Assembly: GCA_951406725.2 (NCBI GenBank)
Contig: OX597835.1
Span: forward strand, 38,130,001-38,194,000
Reading direction: 5' to 3'
Source of the DNA: Octopus vulgaris
Lineage: Eukaryota
Length of the DNA stretch: 64,000 nucleotides
This document shows positions 40,977 to 54,597 of the stretch, one piece after another. A program made the position numbers and the translations under genes. The notes beneath the pieces are model-generated. The model saw only the letters and a program-made list of their open reading frames with translations, did not search any database and was not told the origin of the DNA. Position 1 is the first letter of the stretch. Every line of letters begins with the position of its first letter.

Positions 40977-41597
40977 ACACACGTGCACACACATACGTTG
41001 CACATTCTTCGTAGGTCAAAGTTGATTGGTTGTGGGATGTTTATACCAAGTTTGGTCCCACGTTAGACCCCAGCCACCGACCCCCACTCCACCACCACCA
41101 CCACCACCACCACCACCACCACCACCACCACCACTTCCAATACCCTCCATCGCTCCCCTCACTCGTCTGACCCCTGTTCCGCACATGACTATAAAGCTAA
41201 TTAGTCACTTCATAAGCAGCTATAGAGATCAGTTACTATAAATAGATCCTCTGACCTCCTCCCCCACCTCTCTCTCTCCACCTCCTCCATTTCCCCCCAC
41301 ACGTCCCCCCCCTCCTCGCCATCATCACAACATACCACTACGATCCAAAATTCCCACTGTAGCTCCCTCCCCGCTCCGCCATCACCATCATCATTATAGT
41401 GTGGAATCCTCCAACTACAATGCTAACGCGCGTTAACACGCACCACGCTTAACCTCTGACACCACCACCACCACCACCACCACCACCACTACTACCATCA
41501 CCACTACTACCATCAACAGCCGACGGAAAGGCTTCTATGCTGTTCGATCTTCTAGAAAAGGCAGCTAAATAAATCTCCCTCAAATCACATCGTCTTA

Positions 41598-41860
41598 TCT
41601 ATTATATAAAATCTGTTCTGTCTGTGTGTGTGTGTGTGTCTTCTAGGATCTCGGGCATCCTCCATCCGATTGCGCTCAAATTTGATATGTAGATACCGAC
41701 GGTATCAGGGCGTGTATAAGTCTTGAAAAAATTATAAAAATCGATTCCAGGTGAGAATGCGATGATAAAGCCATGGGAATGTGCATTTGTACGCGCAAGT
41801 ACATCAGCTGTTGGGATCGATACTACGCATAAGCGAGAAAATTGCACGGTGTCTCAAATT
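41598..41860 (+). mobile_element. 5' part of a non-autonomous Helitron-like element
   Basis: TCTATTATATAAAA start, then tctgtgtgtg and ccgattgcgctcaaattt. No 3' CTAG end was seen. Confidence 0.55.
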
Positions 41861-42203
41861 TAGGTTAAATCAGTGTTTCTCAAATCAGCCCCAGGACTTA
41901 TTCTTTGCAAGCCTAGTAGTTATTCTATCGGTCTCTTTTGTCGAACCGCTAAGTTACGGGGACGTAAACACACCAGAATCGGTTGTCAAGCGATGTTGGT
42001 GAAACAAACACAGACACACATACATATATATATACATATATACGACGGGCTTCTTTCAGTTTCCGTCTACCAAATGCTCTCACAAAGCTTTGGTCGGCCC
42101 GAGGCTATAGAAGAAGACTCTCGTCCAAGGTGTCACGCAGTGGGACTGAACCCAGAATCATATGGTTCGTAAGCAAGCTACTTACCACACAGCCATTCCT
42201 ACG

Positions 42204-42240
<37 letters not shown>

Positions 42241-42315
42241 CCAGGTGGTGCTATTAAGTTAGACATGGCCTGGGCCAATAATGGCCGAAACCTATCAAAG
42301 TATCAAAGTATCAAA

Positions 42316-42350
<35 letters not shown>

Positions 42351-42353
<3 letters not shown>

Positions 42354-42605
42354 TTCCAAAATTTTCGTTACTTTTGCAACCTTGACAATGGATGTTGTCC
42401 ACATCCGTTGACAAGTTTGCAAAAGCAACGAAAATTTTGGAAAGGAAAAAAATATAAATAATAGATGAGTGGAAATTGACCTAGTGAATGTATTACATAT
42501 AATACATTTAGGCAGTGTGACTCTCTCTGGACGCAACAAAATTGTTTCAACACACGAATTCACACAAAGAATCTTGCAAACCAGATGTAGAAAACGAAGT
42601 GTATG
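42351..42605. mobile_element. Related palindromic element with back-to-back U3-A8 hammerhead motifs (42355-42392 minus, 42404-42441 plus)
   Basis: tcca TTGTCAA g gttgc aaaa gtaac GAAA a t TT tgga, and tccg TTGACAA g tttgc aaaa gcaac GAAA a t TT tgga. The tail atcttgcaaaccagat..gaaaacgaa is shared with 455-480. Confidence 0.7.
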
Positions 42606-42610
42606 TATAC

Positions 42611-43272
42611 TTAAAGCTTATGGCAATCACCGTGCAATAACTAATAGTCTAATAAAGAGTCAAATAAGCCCTCGACAGAAAAAAGAAGGCTTTCCTATCC
42701 GCGTTGGACTCGAAACCACATTCTTGTGTTAACGCGACTAAGTGTGTTACCTTTACACTAGCGAATTAGCCTTTCTTGTTCAGTCAAATTTAAGAACTAT
42801 ATTGGTTCGTATTTATTTTTATGTAAACAAACTTTCTATATGCTTTCAGTACGAATGGCTTTGTTTTACGGCGCCATGTTTTACAATCCAGTAAATTATA
42901 ATAATGGCATTTATTTCAGCTTAAAGCTTATGGTAATCACCGTGCAACGACTAAGGAAAATAGTCTAATATAGAAAGTTTGTTTACATAAAAACAAATAC
43001 GAACTAATATACTTCTTAATTTTGACAGAAACAGACAGGCTAAATCGTCGGTGTAAAGGTAACACACTTAGTCGCCTTAACAAAGGGATGTGGGTTGGAG
43101 TTTCCTACGGATATAAAAGACTTCTTTCGAGGGCTTCTATGCCCTTTTATTAGACCGTTTTCCATTGTCATTGCACGGTGATCGCTTTAAGCTTATATAA
43201 ATACCATTATTATTATTTAGAGGATAGTAAAACACGGCACCGTACAACAAAACCATTCGCACCGAAAGCATA
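42611..43272. mobile_element. ~305-bp tRNA-promoter-containing unit present as a head-to-tail junction copy (minus, 42611-42970) and an inverted monomer (plus, 42969-43272)
   Basis: ttaaagcttatgg.aatcaccgtgcaa occurs at 42611 and 42921, and reverse-complemented at ~43170-43195. A/B-box-like gtgtaaaggt...gtttcgagtcc. Confidence 0.75.
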
Positions 43273-44444
43273 TATATATATGTATATATATAAAGAAAAG
43301 AAGGGTAAAGATACGCTGGCTAAAAGATTAAAGCGAAAGCTTAAAAAACCCAATTCTACGATAAAACTTTTACTGTAGAATTGGTGGGTTTTTTTGAAGC
43401 GTTCGCTTTAATTTTTTAGCGAGCGATATCTTTAGCCTTCTTTAAATATTCTATACATGTTTAGGTAGAAGTCTTGCTAGCCACCTCATTATTACTGTTT
43501 TTAACAGTAATAATACTTCACTACTAATTGTTTCATGCTACTATGAGACTTGAACAGGCAAATTTATAAAATACGCCTTGTATCTTAAAGCAAACTTTCA
43601 GGATCAGTTTATGCGTTATATATATATTACAAACAAGGACGCCGGGCAGTAAGAAAATAAGAAAATCCACGGATGAAGTGTGAAGAAGTTTGATGCAAAA
43701 AAGGAAACGAAATCAAGAAAACTAGGATCTTTTTCCTCCTTGGTTGCAGAAAGCTCATTAGACATAACTGGTTTAGAATAAAATAAAAGAAAATATGTGA
43801 AAGTCTGCCAGACTGCACATCAATATGCAGCGGGTGGTGCCCTCCACTTCGATAAAAGAAACCTGTCTATGTGGCTACACCTGCTAAAAATTTCAGGTCT
43901 CGAATTTAAGTGTGTTGGAATTTCTGGATCGAAGAAGTATATATGTAGTTTGTAGTTACTTAAGCATATGGTATAAAACTGGAAGTTTTCCGGTAAAGCA
44001 CGTTCGCTGCCTATGGATATCTGATGTCATCAACGGTATTATTATAAATATCACTGGATCTACGTCAGGTATTCCTCTTTGTTAGTTTGGTATGTAATTA
44101 ACGAGAGAGACGGAAGATGGACGACGCGAGAATTTTTATTGATCACTACAGTCGTTTCGACTCATCTAGCATCGATCCCTCGCAATGGGAGGAGATACTG
44201 TACTACTGGTTAAGGTTCATCCCTCAGTGTAAATGTGTCTCTTCAGGTGTAGTTCAAGGGGTATCTTGTTAAAATAAACTCTGTTTCGCACCTCGTATAA
44301 CTGCATGCTTACTTTGTAAATAGAAATGGCAAAATTATGGGTACTGCTCCATACTTATAGAAGATCGATGACAAAGAGCAGATACAAAAAGAAACATATA
44401 TATATATGTAGGTCCCGGGTTGAGTCGGGGTTAACCACTTCTAT

Positions 44445-44483
<39 letters not shown>

Positions 44484-44875
44484 CTCTTTTACTTGTTTCA
44501 GTCATTTGACTGCGGCCATGCTGGAGCACCGCCTTTTAATCGAGCAGCTCGACCCCGGAACTTATTCTTTTGTAAGCCCAGTACTTATTCTATCGGCCTC
44601 TTTTGCCGAACCGCTAAGTAACGGGGACATAAACACACCAGCATCGGTTGTCAAGCAATGCTAGGGGACAAACACAGACACACAAACACACGCACGCATA
44701 TATATATGTACATATATACGACGGGCTTCTTTCAGTTTCCGTCTACCAAATCCACTCACAAGGCTTTGGTCGGCCCGAGGCTTTAGTAGAAGACACTTGC
44801 CCAAGGTGCCACGCAGTGGGACTGAACCCTGAACCATGTGGTTGGTAAACAAGCTACTTACCACACAGCCACTCC

Positions 44876-44915
<40 letters not shown>

Positions 44916-45059
44916 AGGACCTCGAACCCACAAGAGTAATCAAGAGAGACAGAGACAAGCAGAAACAAGAAAAATGCCACTTGTATTTGAACACTATACA
45001 AATATTCTTTTAAAACAACTTTTCTTTTAATTTTTCTAAATTTAATTATTTAATTGTTA

Positions 45060-45095
45060 CAGTTGAAAAAGTCTCAATGACTGAAACCGGTACTG
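45060..45095 (+). ncRNA. Type I hammerhead ribozyme, U3-A8 compensatory core
   Basis: cag TTGAAAA agtc tcaat gact GAAA ccgg TA ctg, in a ~235-bp insert (44913-45148) between TA runs. Confidence 0.72.
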
Positions 45096-45145
45096 AAATG
45101 TTTTTTATAAAATTATTTTAGCATTTTCTCTCCTGACTTGTTTTT

Positions 45146-45189
<44 letters not shown>

Positions 45190-45468
45190 ACATGTATGTT
45201 TGTTTGTATGTATGTATGTATGTATGTATACATGGCTCTTCGTCAGGAAGTGTAAAGAGGAAAAATTTCGGAGAGAAGGAAATGGATAGTATAAGAAAAG
45301 CATGAAAGGTAACTGACCGGAAGTGGGAAGAGGTAGATAAAGTGGTTTTTGAAGGCAGGTAACTTCGTGTGTGTGTGGTAGTATCTGTGTGCGTGTGTTT
45401 GTGTTTATGTGAGCAATGTAAGTGTGAGAGGGTGGAGTGAACAGATTAACAGCAGTAGTTAGATTTTG

Positions 45469-45885
45469 GGATCTTTTCGGTTTGAACGGCAGTTTTTTCT
45501 CGCAGTGTCATATGAAATTGTCACCCATAATTATGACCCTAGAATCGATCTATTGCATTTCAATCTCTTTTAGAGTTAGGGTTAGGGTGGGGGAAGGGTA
45601 TCTTTTTTTCTTCACAATTGTAAATAAACCCAATGTGTTTCTTAAACGAGGGACATATTCATACGGCACAGAATACTTTTTAACTCAATAGACGTCACTG
45701 ATTGGTTGAAATTGCAGAAATTGAAGAAAAAAAAGACAACAAATATCTCACAAACTATAGAATTTTCTCAATAAAGCCAAGAGAAAAAGATGTTTTATAA
45801 ACACATTCTACCAGTATACGAAGTTTAGAATTTTTTAGTTACCTAGAAATTATGTTAAAAACTGCCGTTCAAACCGAAAAGATCC
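45469..45885. mobile_element. MITE with GG termini and 8-bp TSD (Merlin-like)
   Basis: 29-bp TIR ggatcttttcggtttgaacggcagttttt, TSD agattttg (45461-45468, 45886-45893). The superfamily is inferred from termini and TSD length. Confidence 0.8.
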
Positions 45886-46517
45886 AGATTTTGTGGTGAG
45901 ATCGAAGTGCCGTGCATGTGATTGCACTGGTGTTGCTGTGTGTGTCCGTGCGTCCTGTAATAGATCTATAGCCTCATTTGGGATCTTTCGGTAAACGTGA
46001 ATGTCTTTTAGAACCCGATATAGTGTGTATATTCACATAGGCTAGAGGCATTTCGTTTATCTTTTCGGGGGACAAGAAATTTCTTTATATACGTACGTAT
46101 TTTCCTTAGCTTCGTTTCAGTGAAATATTTTGGAGGGGAATAAAAACGAAAACAAAAAAGAAAGTAAGAAAGAAAAAAAAAGGCCAAAAGGGCTTATCGA
46201 TGGATAAAGCATTGATACATGTTTGTGATCACGAAAGGTCAGGTCCAATAAACAATATAGAATTGATTAGGAACATCAAATATATAGTAAGATGTCTAAT
46301 AAATGAAACACACACAAAAAAGAGAAGGATTAGAAAAAGTTTAAGCCAGAAAAGGTTGACAGTTCTACACAAATATTGACATGTTGAATTGAAACAATAA
46401 CAGTACGAACAACAACAACAACGACGACGAAGACGAGGATGATGATGATGATGATGATGATACATGCATACACATTTGTGTACATACATGTCTATACATA
46501 CAGGCTATAAAAATAAA

Positions 46518-46561
<44 letters not shown>

Positions 46562-46830
46562 TATGTATGTATGTATATGTATATATTATAAATTCATGTT
46601 GTTTGTAAACGCATGTGTATGTAAGTGTACGTACATACGTGTGTTATGATTATATATATGTGCGTGTTAGCAGTGTATGTATGCAAATTTCCCTAAAAAC
46701 ATTCTACGCACATACACACGAATAACGTCAACTTGAAAAGATATTATTACGTGTACCCATCGCATATGTCCGCGAATCTTTATATATGTTTGTATGCATA
46801 TGTATACATACACATACATATATAAGTGTG

Positions 46831-46876
<46 letters not shown>

Positions 46877-46925
46877 TATACATGTATATATACACATATA
46901 TATATATATACATACATATATATAC

Positions 46926-47008
<83 letters not shown>

Positions 47009-47129
47009 CATGTATATAAATGTATATACACACACTGTGAGGCTGTTTCAGTTTACGCATCTTTCAACTTACCTACCAGTCGGTCTCTACTTTTCTCTCT
47101 CTTTCTCCCTTCATCTCTCTTTCTCTTTG

Positions 47130-47186
<57 letters not shown>

Positions 47187-47460
47187 GTATATCTCGGTCG
47201 CTCCACCACCTCCCATCCTCTCCGTTCATTTCTACCTGTTTAGCTAAATACGCTCTCTTTATGTATTTACTGTTTGTCTGTGAGCCTGCTTCTGTCTGTC
47301 TGTGTGTCTGTCGCTATGATTGTGTGTCTGTGCGTCTTTCCCTATACAAAGAGATAATACTCTAAAACGATCTCTTCAATAGCATTAAAAAAATGAAATA
47401 GACACGCACACACACATACATTCATACATACATACATACATACATACATACATACATACA

Positions 47461-47495
<35 letters not shown>

Positions 47496-47504
47496 TCATG
47501 TGTG

Positions 47505-47540
<36 letters not shown>

Positions 47541-47572
47541 CGTATATATATGTTTGTATGTATGTATGTATG

Positions 47573-47607
<35 letters not shown>

Positions 47608-47630
47608 GTATATATATGTTTGTATGTATG

Positions 47631-47673
<43 letters not shown>

Positions 47674-47933
47674 ATGTATGTATGTAGGTATGTATGTATA
47701 TGAACTAATATTACATGTAATTATAGGTCAGCATCTATCTGTAGTATATAATCTGAGGCATGCGTATGCGTCTGTGTATACGTGCTTGTGTGTGTATGTG
47801 TGTGTGTATATTCATAAATGTACGTATATGCACATTCCTCACTTTATATATATAGTTGTATTTATGTAAATATGCATTAAGTATTCTTGCATATGTGCTT
47901 CTGTGTATATATGTATGTATGTATGTATGCATG

Positions 47934-47979
<46 letters not shown>

Positions 47980-48078
47980 TATACATATCTATTTATTTGT
48001 CTATCTATATCTATATCTATATATATGTACACACACACACACACACACATATATACATAAATACATACATACATATAT

Positions 48079-48123
<45 letters not shown>

Positions 48124-48469
48124 GGTATTTATATGCATACGTGTGTAATTAGAAAATTGAAACAGAATTATACAGAAATTCTATTTTTGCGTGTATATAT
48201 TTTAATTTATTTATTTATATACACTATAATACTCGCACAACCCCCCTCACACACATCTCACACATATACAAGCTTATACACATATACTCATGCATGCTCA
48301 TGTCTATGTGGTTCCATATTTATGAATGCGTGTGAGAGTGTTTCTATGTGTGTTTATATGTGTTTGTGTATGTGCATGTGTATTTTCGCCTATACGTATT
48401 TGTAAAGATGTATGTGCATGCGCATATCTATATTTATATATATATATATATATATATTATGTATGTGAA

Positions 48470-48536
<67 letters not shown>

Positions 48537-48679
48537 TATGCCTCAGTGTGTGTGCGTGCGTATATGTGTACGTGTGTATAAAAATATACATTTTTATGGA
48601 TTTTTATACGTACGTATACGTACATTTATCTCTATCTCTCTATATGTATATCTTTAAATTTACATTACATGTGTATTCC

Positions 48680-48726
<47 letters not shown>

Positions 48727-49427
48727 ATGTGTGTGCGAGTGCATATATGTGTGTATGTGTAAGTGACTGTGTGTTTGTGTGTGTACGTGTATAATCTTTC
48801 ATTAATTCTGAAGATTTTCACCATTGTTGCTCTGAACTCATTTGGAAACCAGTTTTAGAATAGGAGAGTCTTCTGTGACTGATGTAGTTCTTGCCTTTTA
48901 TAGCTGTTGTTGTTGTTGCTGCTTCTGCTTCTGCTGCTGCTGTTGCTGTAGTAGTTGTTGTTGTTGTCGTTGTTGCTGTTGTTGCTGCAGCAGCTTTTAT
49001 TGCTCTTGTTGCTTTTGTTGTTGCAGCTATAGCTGATATTGATGTTGTTTCTATTAATGTTTTTATTGTACTCGATATTGCCGCTGCTGCTGTTGTCGGC
49101 TTCGTCGTCGTTGTTGCTGTTGTTATTGTACTTGATCATGTTTCAGCTGTTGTTGTTGTTGTTGTTGTTGTTGTTGTAGCATTTATCTCCTCCTCGTCCT
49201 CTTCCTCCTCCTTCAGCTCTTCTCAGTTAAATCCTATAACCACCATACCTTCTCAATCCGTCCCACTCCCTCCTATAAATAGATCGTTTGATATTCTGTG
49301 TACAATGAAGTAGCGAGGGATGACTTTTTAAATACAGCATGTCTTCAGTACATTAGTTCTTGTATACACCGAGCAGTGGCGCTGGTTGTGATTGTGAGGT
49401 GCTAGTGGCGATGGTGTCGCAGTGATG

Positions 49428-50030
49428 GTGGTGGTGGGTGGCGGCGATGCCATTGCAGTGTAGTATTAGTGGTGATGGAGATAGGTTATTGGTGATGGTG
49501 ATGTAGTGGTTAGGATGTAGTGACGATCCTATGGCGGTGGCGACGACGATGGTGGTGGTGGTGATCATGGTGGTGGTGATCATGGTATAGTGCTGGAAGT
49601 AGTGGTAGTGTCCTCTAGCGTAATAGTGGTAATGGAGATAGTGTGGAGGTGATAATAGTGGTGTTGGTGGTGGTGATAGTGGAGTGGTTGTACGTAGTGA
49701 GTGGTAGTGGTGGCAGTGCTGGAGTTGGTATTGTAGTGGTGGGTGGCGGCGGTGCTATTGCAGTGTAGCATTAGTGGTAATGGAGATAGGGTATTGGTGA
49801 TGGTAATGCAGTGGTTGGGATGTAGTGACGATCGTGTTGCGGTGGTGGTGGCGGCGACGATGGTGGTAGTGCAGGAAGTATTGGTAGGGTCCTCTAGTGT
49901 AGTAGTGGTAATGGAGATAGTGTGGAAGTGATGGGATTGGTGGCAGTGGTGGTGATAGTGCAGTGGTTGTACACATTGAGTGGTAGTGGTGGCAGTGTGC
50001 AGTGCTGGAGTTGGTATTGTGGTGGTGGTG
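49428..50030. repeat. Two-copy tandem duplication (~307-bp period) in degenerate GGT/AGT-rich sequence
   Basis: ggtgggtggcggcg.tgc.attgcagtgtag.attagtggt.atggagatagg at ~49433 and ~49738. Confidence 0.8.
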
Positions 50031-51081
50031 GTAGTGTTTGAGTGGTTATGAGATGCTGGAAACGATTTTGTGGTAGTGGCGTAGTGTGAATGCAATGCAT
50101 TTATAATGTTGAGTGTCACATGGTAGTAGTAAAGGTGGCGGTAGTGATTGTGAGGTGGTGGAAGTGACGCTGTGGTATTGGCTGTAGTATGATTGTTGTG
50201 TATTAACGGTATATGAGACAGTGTTGTGGTGGTAGTTGGCGTGTAGTTATTGCTATGTAGTGATCATGAAGTAGTACCTGCAGTAGTATAGCAGTGGTAT
50301 ATCAGTGTGTTTGTAGCAGTTGTTGTATGATTATAAATATTATAAGATATTGGCGGCGATGCAGTTAATGTAGTAGTGGAGACAGGATAGTGGCGGTGAT
50401 GGTAATATGGCGTTTGGGATGTAATGTTTGCTGTGTGGTGGTGCTGCTGGTTTCTCAGTGGTGCAAATGTAAGTGTATTACTGATACAGATACCATTATA
50501 GTTGCAGTGTTTGTGAGTGGTTGTAGTTGAGGTGGTAGTGTTATTGTAGTTTATTACTAGTGACGGTGGTGGTAGAGCTGCGGTGATAATAGAAGTGGTA
50601 TGCTTGTGTTTCTGATGTATCTGTGGGACACAGGTTTGTAGTAGTAGTATTAGTAGTAGTAGTAGTAGTAGTAGTAGTTGGGATAAAACTGCTCTAAATG
50701 TGCGTATATATTCTTTTATTCTTTTATTCTTTTAGTTATTTCAGTCAGTTGACTGAGGCCATGCTGGAGCACCGCCTTTAGTCGACGGGACCACTAAGTT
50801 ACAGGGCTGTAAACGCACCAGCATCTGTTGACAAGTGATGTTTGGGGGGGGGACCAACCCAGATGCTCAAACATATAAGCACACATATATACATACATAC
50901 ATACACACACACATATATATGCGACGGGCTTCTTTCAGTTTCCGTCTACCAAATCCACTCACAAGGCTTTGGTCGGCCCGAGGCTATAGCAGAAGACACT
51001 TGCCCAAGATGCCATGCAGTGGGACTGAACCCGTAACCATGTGGTTGGTAAGCAAACTACTTGCGAAACAGCCACCCTGCG

Positions 51082-51122
<41 letters not shown>

Positions 51123-51299
51123 GTGAGCACGTGGTGTTGAGTGTATATGTATGTGTTTATGCATGTTTTGTGTATGTATGCATATATGTATTTTTCTATT
51201 TGTGTATGTACCCACATAGACAAATGTGTGTCGATGATATGTCTGAAGTGGGTGTCCTAAATAGACACACTCACATATATATACATATATACATATATG

Positions 51300-51347
<48 letters not shown>

Positions 51348-51450
51348 GTGTGTGTATGTATATATATACGCATACGCACACATCTAAATATACATACATG
51401 CATATATATACATACATATATACACGTATACATACTCACACATATGAAGA

Positions 51451-51499
<49 letters not shown>

Positions 51500-51855
51500 T
51501 GCATACATACTTACATAGAAGTGTAAAATGTGTGTGAATACATGTATATGCATATATATATATATATATATATTTACATTTACATATATATATATATATA
51601 TCTATGCACACACATATATATATGTGTACAAGTATACAGGTATGTAATTGCGGAATAATCAAAGGTAAATATTATATACATTTCTATATTTAAAGTTCAA
51701 TCTGTCCGTTTATTCCATTCGCAGAGACAATGGGGAAAGCACCGACTAACTTAATTAGTCGGTGTGCACTCTCGCTGGATAATAAATACCTCGTTTAGAT
51801 GTATTAAAGCCTACTGCGTAGCGGTGAGGGGCCGTGAACGTGGAAGGGAGGGAAC

Positions 51856-51893
<38 letters not shown>

Positions 51894-52337
51894 AGATATG
51901 CGAGAGAGTGTGTGTTTGTACGAGGATGTTTCTTTGTGCGCGTATATTTGTGAATGTGTATATTTTTCAGGTATATAATTATGGTTGTAAACAGCACGCT
52001 GAGAAATACATGCATATATGCAGATACAGTCACGCAGACGCAGTAGATGTGTGCGCGCGCACTCACACACACATACATACATTTTGTGCAAAGCTTGTAC
52101 ACAGACATATGTATACACGCACACATTTACGTGAGACCCACCACTCGTGCGTACATACACTGACGCACATGTAGACATCAGTAGACAATCTCTGCCCATT
52201 GATTCACTTGAAATTCATATGAAATCTACAAAACCATTCATTTGAACGAGAGAAACACAGCCACCGCTACCAGCGCCAACAATACCACCAACACTACCAA
52301 CACCACTAAAACTACTAACACAACCATCAATTTCCTT

Positions 52338-52402
<65 letters not shown>

Positions 52403-52766
52403 TATCATCATCGTCATCATCATCACAAAGGTAACCAGCAGGTATCATCTCTATTATCACTACTATTTGCTATCAGATGTGAATATGAGGAAGAGAGATA
52501 AAGTGAAAGAGTTAAAGAGAGAGAGAGAGAGTGAGTGAGTGAGAGAGAGAGAGTGAGACAGACAGACAGACATACAGACAGAGGGAGTAGGGAAGGGGAG
52601 GGAGAAGGAGAGAGTTTGAGGGAAACTGATAAATAAACGCAGAAATATAATTGCATTAGTCTACAAGTACGTACTCACGTACGTACGTACGTACTAGGTT
52701 CATATTTATGTATAAAATGCATGTGTGTGTTTATATTTTTATATGAATCTATGCTTATATATAAAG

Positions 52767-52897
<131 letters not shown>

Positions 52898-53312
52898 TGT
52901 TTATGAATGTGTATGTATGTATCTCTGAATGGATGGATGGTCGAATTGATAGACGGAGGAATGTTTGGGAGGATGGATTTACTGGAATTTCAACAGACGC
53001 CGGACCTTTCGTTGAAGGGGGTCGTTGTATCACGCGCCTCTTCGACAATAAAATATCGCCACTTCCGTTGTTTCGTTGCCCGTGCGATCACGCAAACGGA
53101 GTAGTGGCGTCGAGCGCTGTCATCCTCTTCCGGTCATCCACATTGCTGGATCCTCTGCTCATATGCTAACCGCTGTAGAGATGATGTCACAATCTTTCCA
53201 TGGAAAATGGCGCAAAAGTTGTTCATACTCTTTAACTAGTACCTTACCAGTATGTTTATGTGTATGTAAACGTGCTTATATGCATATAGATAGATTATAA
53301 ATGTGCAATAGA

Positions 53313-53347
53313 TAGGTGTATGTGTATGTATGTATGTATGTATATAA

Positions 53348-53400
<53 letters not shown>

Positions 53401-53487
53401 CATATATATATATATATATACACGTATATAAATACAAGTCAATATGCGTGCATGTATATACATGCATACATATATACATACATGCAT

Positions 53488-53519
<32 letters not shown>

Positions 53520-53757
53520 GCTATATATGCACACACACATATATTTGTGTACATAGATTTGTATGCTTACGTGTGTGTATATGTAAGCGTGTGTGAATGC
53601 GTGCGCGTGCGTGCGTCCGTACGTGTGTATGCATGTATACATATATGTATGTTGATATCTGTCGATAAACACATGGAGGAGTGTTCAATGTAGAATGCAT
53701 AGTAAATATTAGGTTGAGGAAGAAGTTCGTGCGCCGGGTTAAAATAATGCATTTTTC
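53313..53757 (+). repeat. Local duplication; second copy at ~55085-55650
   Basis: Shared cacgtatataaatacaagtcaatatgcgtg...gtcgataaacacatggag...mariner left TIR. Confidence 0.88.
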
Positions 53758-54597
53758 ATATATTTTTATGGTGTGTGTTTTCATTCAGTTCACGTCATGT
53801 TCCATGATATGTGTGTGACCCCCTTCGGTCAGACACTGACCATGGGCTTGCACCTAGAGAGTTACCCTCTGAGGCACAAGTCTGAGCAAGGTTGTTTTTA
53901 TGGAAGACCAGCAGTCGCCCATGCATACCATCCTCCCCTCTCCACGCCACCAGTGTTATCCAAGGGAAAGGCAAAGGGGCCGATACAGCTTGGCCCCTGT
54001 TAGGTCGCAACTCATTTCTACAGCTGAGTGAACTGGAGCAACGTGAAATGAAGCGTCTTGCTCAAGAACACAACACGCAGCCCGGTCCGGGATTCGAGCT
54101 CACAACCTCACGATCGTAAGCTCGACGCTCTAACCACTGAGCCACGCACCTTCACTATTCAGTGATAACTCACCGTTGAAATGTACCCAAGACTTGTTCG
54201 TCGAAAATGCGCTGTGTTACAAGACAAAGCAAAGCCGCACACCGCTAGAAAGACCAGCAAAGAGATTGAAGAATTGGACGGTGTGGAAGTTCTGCCGCAT
54301 CCAGCCTGTAGTCCAAGACGTTGCTCCATCTGACTACAGCCTCTTCCGATCAATGCAGCACTTTATGAAATGTCCCAGATTTGAGTCATTCGATGAAGTT
54401 GAAGAAGCCTGTCAAGAATTTTTCGATTCAAAGCCGAAGAATTGGTACTTTTACCAAATCCGAAAGCTTGCAAATCGTTGGCAGCTGGTCGTGGAAAATA
54501 GTTTTTATTTTGAAGAATAGTTGTCGATTTTGAATAAATTCTTGCATAAAAAATCATTATTTTAACACGGCGCACAAACTTTTTCCTCAAACCAGTA
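53708..54597 (+). mobile_element. Internally deleted mariner with a nested SINE
   Basis: TIRs ttaggttgaggaagaagttcgtgcgccgggttaaaataatg / cattattttaacacggcgcacaaactttttcctcaaaccag. C-terminal transposase LQDKAKPH and APSDYSLFRSMQHF (54176-54520). Confidence 0.88.

Noticed and set aside
40398-41066. His-, Thr- and Val-rich ORFs resembling mucin or His-rich proteins
   Set aside because: (CAC)n tracts are open on both strands and grade into CA/TA repeats; no splice or compositional support.
45575-45590. TTAGGG telomere-like repeats
   Set aside because: Only two units, internal to a MITE.
48842-50119. Cys-rich and Thr/His-rich ORFs
   Set aside because: Degenerate TGT/TGC/GGT trinucleotide repeats and a tandem duplication.
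54085-54156. tRNA-like sequences here and at other SINE heads
   Set aside because: A/B boxes without complete cloverleafs, fused to SINE bodies; not tRNA genes.
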